Positions 6,604-10,439 of a DNA stretch of 10,439 nt are shown here, one piece after another. Source of the stretch: a virus (Duplodnaviria; Heunggongvirae; Uroviricota; Caudoviricetes); IMG/VR virus record IMGVR_UViG_2541047926_000009, positions 1 to 10,439 of that record; one strand, written 5' to 3'. The notes beneath the pieces were generated by a model that was not told where the DNA came from, did not search any database, and saw only the letters and a list, made by a program, of their open reading frames with translations. The number at the start of each line of letters is the position of its first letter. Within the stretch, counting starts at the first letter, position 1. The position numbers and the translations under genes are program-made.

Positions 6604-6783
6604 ATGATTCGCAAATTATTAAAAATTATTGAATCTAAACCCCCTAGGGCCACTGATGCAGAGGTTCAGGAAGTTATTGACGAAATAAAGAAAAAACAAA
6701 ATGAAATTGCCGAAAAGAAGGAAGAGATAAAGAATGACCGTATCCGCGGCGCAAGAATCACAAACCACCGATTCATTGTATGA
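6604..6783 (+). CDS. Possible small Lys/Glu-rich protein, 59 aa, overlapping the start of the 283-aa ORF
   Basis: ATG 6604 to TGA 6781-6783 (MIRKLLKIIESKPPRATDAEVQEVIDEIKKKQNEIAEKKEEIKNDRIRGARITNHRFIV); not in the supplied track (below its size cutoff). Weak RBS (AAGAGA). Overlaps the downstream ORF by 50 bp in another frame. Could be spurious in AT-rich DNA. Confidence 0.25.
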   Translation: MIRKLLKIIESKPPRATDAEVQEVIDEIKKKQNEIAEKKEEIKNDRIRGARITNHRFIV

Positions 6784-7585
6784 TTTTCTATATGTTGATA
6801 ACAAGCGGGCATCATCGCTCTTGGCACAGATGCATGGGCCTGGTGTAATAACATCTATCAGACAGGTAACAGCTGAAGTTGACAAATCAGTAAGTGATGC
6901 CGGCTTTGACATTAAAATCATTAAGTCAAAACTTGGTGTTGAGGAAACTATCAATTACACCCATGAAAAAAGCTATGATGCTTCATGGACGCTTCCTATT
7001 AACCTCTTAGATAAACTTTCTGAAAATGATCTAATAAAAACAGAACTTAATGGTGAAAGACTTGGGAGTACTGTTTTATCTAAAGGCCATGTTCGTATTT
7101 TTGATATTTCCATGTTTCAAAAAAGCGTCCCGTTTGTAGCAAAAATGCTAAAGGCAGAACGCTCCAAGCTACCGCCAAAAGCAAAAAAAACGAATGATAG
7201 TATTGACGAAATCCCCGTCTCGCCCGGTGTCACTTTTGGCATGATGAAAGAAGTACTTAATATTGTCCCGAACACATTGCAGGTTGATTTTATTAATGAT
7301 TTTGGTCAAACCATTTGGATGACTATTAATCGTGATTACCTCACCATTAATCCAGACGATATGGTTCTAAAATATGGTGGGAGTATTCCAGGCGAATGGT
7401 ACGTACTTGGTTTTATCGATGCCCTTCCTGAATATGACCAAGAACTTTTCGATATGTCTGTGTTCCCGTCAAACCCTTTGAAAGATGGCATAACAGAAAT
7501 GCTTTCTGGGATAAAAGAATTAGCAGGCCGCAGTAGCACCGCATACGGAATGACTCCTCTTGTGATTTTCAGGAAAATTCAGTAA
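6734..7585 (+). CDS. Hypothetical protein, 283 aa, at the position occupied by rexA/rexB in lambda; candidate superinfection-exclusion/anti-phage defence protein
   Basis: Long ORF with RBS AAGGAAG about 10 nt upstream of ATG 6734 and TAA at 7583-7585; visibly AT-rich; own promoter upstream and a strong terminator right after. No Walker, nuclease or transmembrane motif recognised by eye. Function is inferred from genomic context only. Confidence 0.6.
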   Translation: MTVSAAQESQTTDSLYDFLYVDNKRASSLLAQMHGPGVITSIRQVTAEVDKSVSDAGFDIKIIKSKLGVEETINYTHEKSYDASWTLPINLLDKLSENDLIKTELNGERLGSTVLSKGHVRIFDISMFQKSVPFVAKMLKAERSKLPPKAKKTNDSIDEIPVSPGVTFGMMKEVLNIVPNTLQVDFINDFGQTIWMTINRDYLTINPDDMVLKYGGSIPGEWYVLGFIDALPEYDQELFDMSVFPSNPLKDGITEMLSGIKELAGRSSTAYGMTPLVIFRKIQ

Positions 7586-7592
7586 GTTCAGA

Positions 7593-7619
7593 CCCGGCCA
7601 CCGTGCTGGGTTTTCTTTT
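7593..7619 (+). terminator. Rho-independent terminator (tIMM-like) ending the cI-cargo transcription unit
   Basis: Stem CCCGGC (7593-7598) / GCTGGG (7605-7610) with one G-U pair, 6-nt loop, followed by TTTTCTTTT (7611-7619); 8 bp after the stop of the 283-aa ORF. Confidence 0.65.
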
Positions 7620-7745
7620 GCCCTCCCCTCATCACACACCGCTCAAAAAACCACCACATCCCTGCTTCAGTTATCGCTATGCGATGCAAGTCACAAAATT
7701 AATTCTTTTTGCTATCAAACATTTAATATCAAAACACATCAACCA

Positions 7746-7784
7746 ATAGCAATAAGTATTGATATCACCAATAGCAATAGTTAT
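7746..7784. promoter_or_regulatory. oL-like operator sites (two 14-bp sites, 25 bp apart)
   Basis: ATAGCAATAAGTAT (7746-7759) and ATAGCAATAGTTAT (7771-7784) share the ATAGCAA(T/A) half-site with the oR sites and overlap the -35 edge and the spacer/-10 of the pL candidate. Confidence 0.5.
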
Positions 7785-7787
7785 TAT
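7759..7787 (+). promoter_or_regulatory. pL-like early-left promoter
   Basis: -35 TTGATA (7759-7764), 17-bp spacer, -10 TATTAT (7782-7787); oriented toward gam-bet-exo and overlapped by the operator-like repeats. Confidence 0.55.
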
Positions 7788-7980
7788 CACCATATCGCAA
7801 CAACACAACGATACGGCAACCACCTGATTCACCGTTGCGATGACCGCTTAGATCCGCAGTTTGAATTTCAGCAGGCTTCGGGGAGTGCGAGGGGTGAAAC
7901 GGACGCGTGAACGTCGGTGTGACCAGCTGAAATTAACTCAACATTTCATACCTCAGTCGCTTCAACGAGGCGGTTTAGTT

Positions 7981-8271
7981 ATGACAACCGGCGGCCATCC
8001 ACCGCCTGAATACGCGCAGAAGTCTCTATATGTTCAGCAGCCCAGCTTACGGGCAGGAGTTTTTATGGTTCATCAACATTACGGAACACAGACCGTTAAT
8101 CGCGGTGCGGTCATGCCAGGAATGCTGGTCAAACACAAAGATAGTACCTGGACAGCATCAGCTAATTTACGCGGACGGCTTTATCTGCATCGCGGCATCG
8201 AGCGCACTTATACCCGTGACTTGCTCGTGGAAGTTTTTCTCGACGGACGCGGCAACGGCCTGAATCACTAA
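7981..8271 (+). CDS. Hypothetical protein (96 aa from ATG 7981; alternative start ATG 8065 gives 68 aa) occupying the N-to-kil interval
   Basis: ORF ending TAA 8269-8271. ATG 7981 has GAGG about 10 nt upstream; internal ATG 8065 has a stronger RBS (AGGAG, 5-nt spacer). The same frame is open from 7852 and encodes an arginine-rich stretch (RGVRGVKRTRERR) but with no ATG (only TTG/GTG). No similarity to lambda N, cIII or Kil recognised apart from the shared terminal His-stop. Confidence 0.4.
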   Translation: MTTGGHPPPEYAQKSLYVQQPSLRAGVFMVHQHYGTQTVNRGAVMPGMLVKHKDSTWTASANLRGRLYLHRGIERTYTRDLLVEVFLDGRGNGLNH

Positions 8272-8346
8272 CCCCCTTTCCTGTTTTCCTAATCAGCCTG
8301 GCATTTCGCGGGCGATATTTTCACAGCCATTTTCAGGAGTTCAGCC

Positions 8347-8643
8347 ATGAACGCTTATTACATTCAGGATCGTCTTGAGGCTCAGAGCTGGGCGCGTCAC
8401 TACCAGCAGATCGCCCGTGAAGAGAAAGAGGCAGAACTGGCAGACGACATGGAAAAAGGACTGCCCCAGCACCTGTTTGAATCGCTATGCATCGATCATT
8501 TGCAACGCCACGGGGTCAGCAAAAAAGCCATTACCCGTGCGTTCGATGACGATGTTGAGTTTCAGGAGCGCATGGCAGAACACATCCGGTACATGGTTGA
8601 AACCATTGCTCACCACCAGGTTGATATTGATTCAGAGGTATAA
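8347..8643 (+). CDS. gam: Gam (RecBCD inhibitor), short GamS-type form, 98 aa
   Basis: Translation ([56 protein letters not shown] ... [10 protein letters not shown]) is near-identical to the C-terminal 98 aa of lambda Gam. AGGAG lies 8 nt upstream of the ATG. The in-frame upstream region has a stop at 8290-8292 and no ATG. Confidence 0.9.
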   Translation: MNAYYIQDRLEAQSWARHYQQIAREEKEAELADDMEKGLPQHLFESLCIDHLQRHGVSKKAITRAFDDDVEFQERMAEHIRYMVETIAHHQVDIDSEV

Positions 8644-8648
8644 AACGG

Positions 8649-9434
8649 ATGAGTACAGCACTCGCAACGCTGGCAGGGAAGCTGGCTGAACGTGTCGGCA
8701 TGGATTCTGTCGACCCACAGGAACTGATCACCACTCTTCGCCAGACGGCATTTAAAGGTGATGCCAGCGATGCGCAGTTCATCGCATTGTTGATCGTCGC
8801 CAACCAGTACGGCCTTAATCCGTGGACGAAAGAAATTTACGCCTTCCCTGACAAGCAGAACGGCATCGTTCCGGTGGTGGGCGTTGATGGCTGGTCCCGC
8901 ATCATCAATGAAAACCAGCAGTTTGATGGCATGGACTTTGAGCAGGACAATGAATCCTGTACATGCCGGATTTACCGCAAGGACCGTAATCATCCGATCT
9001 GCGTTACCGAATGGATGGATGAATGCAGCCGCGAACCATTCAAAACCCGCGAAGGCAGAGAAATCACGGGGCCGTGGCAGTCGCATCCCAAACGGATGTT
9101 ACGGCATAAAGCCATGATTCAGTGTGCCCGTCTGGCCTTCGGATTTGCTGGTATCTATGACAAGGATGAAGCCGAGCGCATTGTCGAAAATACTGCATAC
9201 ACTGCAGAACGTCAGCCAGAACGCGACATCACTCCGGTTAACGATGAAACCATGCAGGAGATTAACACTCTGCTGATCGCCCTGGATAAAACATGGGATG
9301 ACGACTTATTGCCGCTCTGTTCCCAGATATTTCGCCGCGACATTCGCGCATCGTCAGAACTGACACAGGCCGAAGCAGTGAAAGCTCTTGGATTCCTGAA
9401 ACAGAAAGCCACTGAGCAGAAGGTGGCAGCATGA
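8649..9434 (+). CDS. bet: Bet (Red-beta single-strand annealing recombinase), 261 aa
   Basis: Translation ([59 protein letters not shown] ...) is near-identical to lambda Bet. Its stop overlaps the exo start (ATGA at 9431-9434). Confidence 0.95.
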   Translation: MSTALATLAGKLAERVGMDSVDPQELITTLRQTAFKGDASDAQFIALLIVANQYGLNPWTKEIYAFPDKQNGIVPVVGVDGWSRIINENQQFDGMDFEQDNESCTCRIYRKDRNHPICVTEWMDECSREPFKTREGREITGPWQSHPKRMLRHKAMIQCARLAFGFAGIYDKDEAERIVENTAYTAERQPERDITPVNDETMQEINTLLIALDKTWDDDLLPLCSQIFRRDIRASSELTQAEAVKALGFLKQKATEQKVAA

Positions 9435-10111
9435 CACCGGACATTATCCTGCAGCGTACCGGGATCGACGTGAGAGCTGTCGAACAGGGGGATGATGCAT
9501 GGCACAAATTACGGCTCGGCGTCATCACCGCTTCAGAAGTTCACAACGTGATAGCAAAGCCCCGCTCAGGAAAGAAGTGGCCTGACATGAAAATGTCCTA
9601 CTTCCACACCCTGCTGGCTGAGGTTTGCACCGGTGTAGCTCCGGAAGTTAATGCTAAGGCGCTGGCCTGGGGAAAACAGTACGAGAACGACGCCAGAACC
9701 CTGTTTGAATTCACTTCCGGCGTGAATGTTACTGAATCCCCGATCATCTATCGCGACGAAAGTATGCGCACCGCCTGCTCTCCCGATGGTTTATGCAGTG
9801 ACGGCAACGGCCTTGAACTGAAATGCCCGTTTACCTCCCGGGATTTCATGAAGTTCCGGCTCGGTGGTTTCGAGGCCATAAAATCGGCTTACATGGCCCA
9901 GGTGCAGTACAGCATGTGGGTGACGCGAAAAGATGCCTGGTACTTTGCCAACTATGACCCGCGTATGAAGCGTGAAGGCCTGCATTATGTCGTGGTTGAG
10001 CGGGATGAAAAGTACATAGCGAGTTTTGACGAGATGGTGCCGGAGTTCATCGAAAAAATGGACGAGGCACTGGCTGAAATTGGTTTTGTATTTGGGGAGC
10101 AATGGCGATGA
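9431..10111 (+). CDS. exo: Exo (Red-alpha 5'-3' dsDNA exonuclease), 226 aa
   Basis: Translation ([65 protein letters not shown] ...) is near-identical to lambda exonuclease with a few substitutions. Confidence 0.95.
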   Translation: MTPDIILQRTGIDVRAVEQGDDAWHKLRLGVITASEVHNVIAKPRSGKKWPDMKMSYFHTLLAEVCTGVAPEVNAKALAWGKQYENDARTLFEFTSGVNVTESPIIYRDESMRTACSPDGLCSDGNGLELKCPFTSRDFMKFRLGGFEAIKSAYMAQVQYSMWVTRKDAWYFANYDPRMKREGLHYVVVERDEKYIASFDEMVPEFIEKMDEALAEIGFVFGEQWR

Positions 10112-10290
10112 CGCATCCTCACGATAATATCCGGGTAGGCGCGATCACTTTCGTCTACTCCGTTACAAAGCGAGGCTGGGTATTTCCCGGCCTTTCTGTT
10201 ATCAGAAATCCACTGAAAGCACAGCGGCTGGCTGAGAAGATAAATAATAAACGGGAGGCGGTATGCACAAAGCATCTCCTGTTGAGTTAA
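10102..10290 (+). CDS. Lambda orf60a-like small protein
   Basis: ORF overlapping the exo 3' end ([62 protein letters not shown]); matches the small lambda ORF found distal to exo, as recalled. Function unknown. Confidence 0.55.
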   Translation: MAMTHPHDNIRVGAITFVYSVTKRGWVFPGLSVIRNPLKAQRLAEKINNKREAVCTKHLLLS

Positions 10291-10439
10291 GAACGAGTAT
10301 TGAGATGGCACATAGCCTTGCTCAAATTGGAGTCAGGTTTGTGCCAATACCAGTAGAAACAGACGAAGAATTTCATACGTTAGCCATTAGGCGCAACGTT
10401 ATTCACCATACTGCTACCCATTGCGCTGATGTTGGTTAA
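10263..10439 (+). CDS. Lambda orf63-like small protein, 58 aa, ending with TAA at the window edge
   Basis: ATG 10263 to TAA 10437-10439 ([58 protein letters not shown]); the N-terminal ~40 aa match lambda Orf63 as recalled, the C-terminus diverges. Not in the supplied track (below its size cutoff). Confidence 0.4.
   Translation: MHKASPVELRTSIEMAHSLAQIGVRFVPIPVETDEEFHTLAIRRNVIHHTATHCADVG

Noticed and set aside
303-7539. Other small overlapping ORFs from the track (303..506 -, 1472..1669 +, 4714..4950 +, 4842..5033 +, 6078..6272 +, 6619..6954 -, 6666..6854 -, 7336..7539 -)
   Set aside because: Each is nested inside or antisense to a better-supported longer ORF and lacks its own start signals. 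The minus-strand ones across 6619-7539 are the kind of stop-poor frames expected in AT-rich or Lys/Glu-coding DNA.
7861-7980. 136-aa version of the ORF upstream of gam starting at 7861
   Set aside because: The start is TTG without a convincing RBS and there is no ATG in frame before 7981. Retained only as the hypothesis in the pL-operon finding (arginine-rich N-like extension), not as the primary gene model.
7852-7980. nutL-type boxA/boxB elements in the pL leader
   Set aside because: Only weak partial resemblance (gaccgcttaga versus boxA CGCTCTTA) and no 5-bp stem with a GNRA-like pentaloop; the best hairpin (GACG-cgtgaa-CGTC at 7902-7915) does not fit boxB. I could not support a nut site.
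8030-10311. Alternative-frame and antisense ORFs within the gam-bet-exo block (8030..8263, 8375..8689, 8531..8803, 8610..9086, 8884..9117, 9212..9505, 9262..9528, 9791..10102, 9985..10311)
   Set aside because: All overlap the strongly supported Red genes; they are shadow ORFs of GC-balanced coding sequence.
1-10439. tRNA genes, rRNA, IS elements or integrase/att sites
   Set aside because: No cloverleaf-compatible segments, terminal inverted repeats, transposase-like ORFs or integrase were seen. The window lies wholly inside the prophage early region.

Overview
This window is the early/immunity region of a mosaic lambdoid (phage lambda-like) prophage from an enterobacterium, in inverted orientation relative to the standard lambda map. 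Read left to right it holds: an AT-rich accessory gene (1..678, -), a small ORF, a Bro-N/antirepressor-like gene, a tR2-like terminator, an opposite-strand AT-rich moron (2560..2907, +), the replication genes P and O (- strand) with five 17-bp ori iterons inside O, a cII-position regulator, a YdaS-type cro, divergent pR/pRM with three operator-like sites, a LexA-like cI repressor, an AT-rich cargo locus at the position lambda uses for rexAB (promoter, small ORF, 283-aa ORF, terminator), oL/pL, one unknown ORF, then gam-bet-exo, orf60a-like and a partial orf63-like gene. P, the O C-terminus, Gam, Bet and Exo are recognised from memory of the lambda proteins (near-identical); the immunity module, the O N-terminal domain and the iterons are non-lambda. 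No N, ral, cIII or kil homologues are visible between pL and gam. The best candidates for an undescribed system are the rex-position cargo locus (6543..7619) and two further AT-rich morons (1..678 with a HEPN-like Rx4H motif; 2560..2907). All homology calls are from recall with no database search, and GC content was judged by eye.
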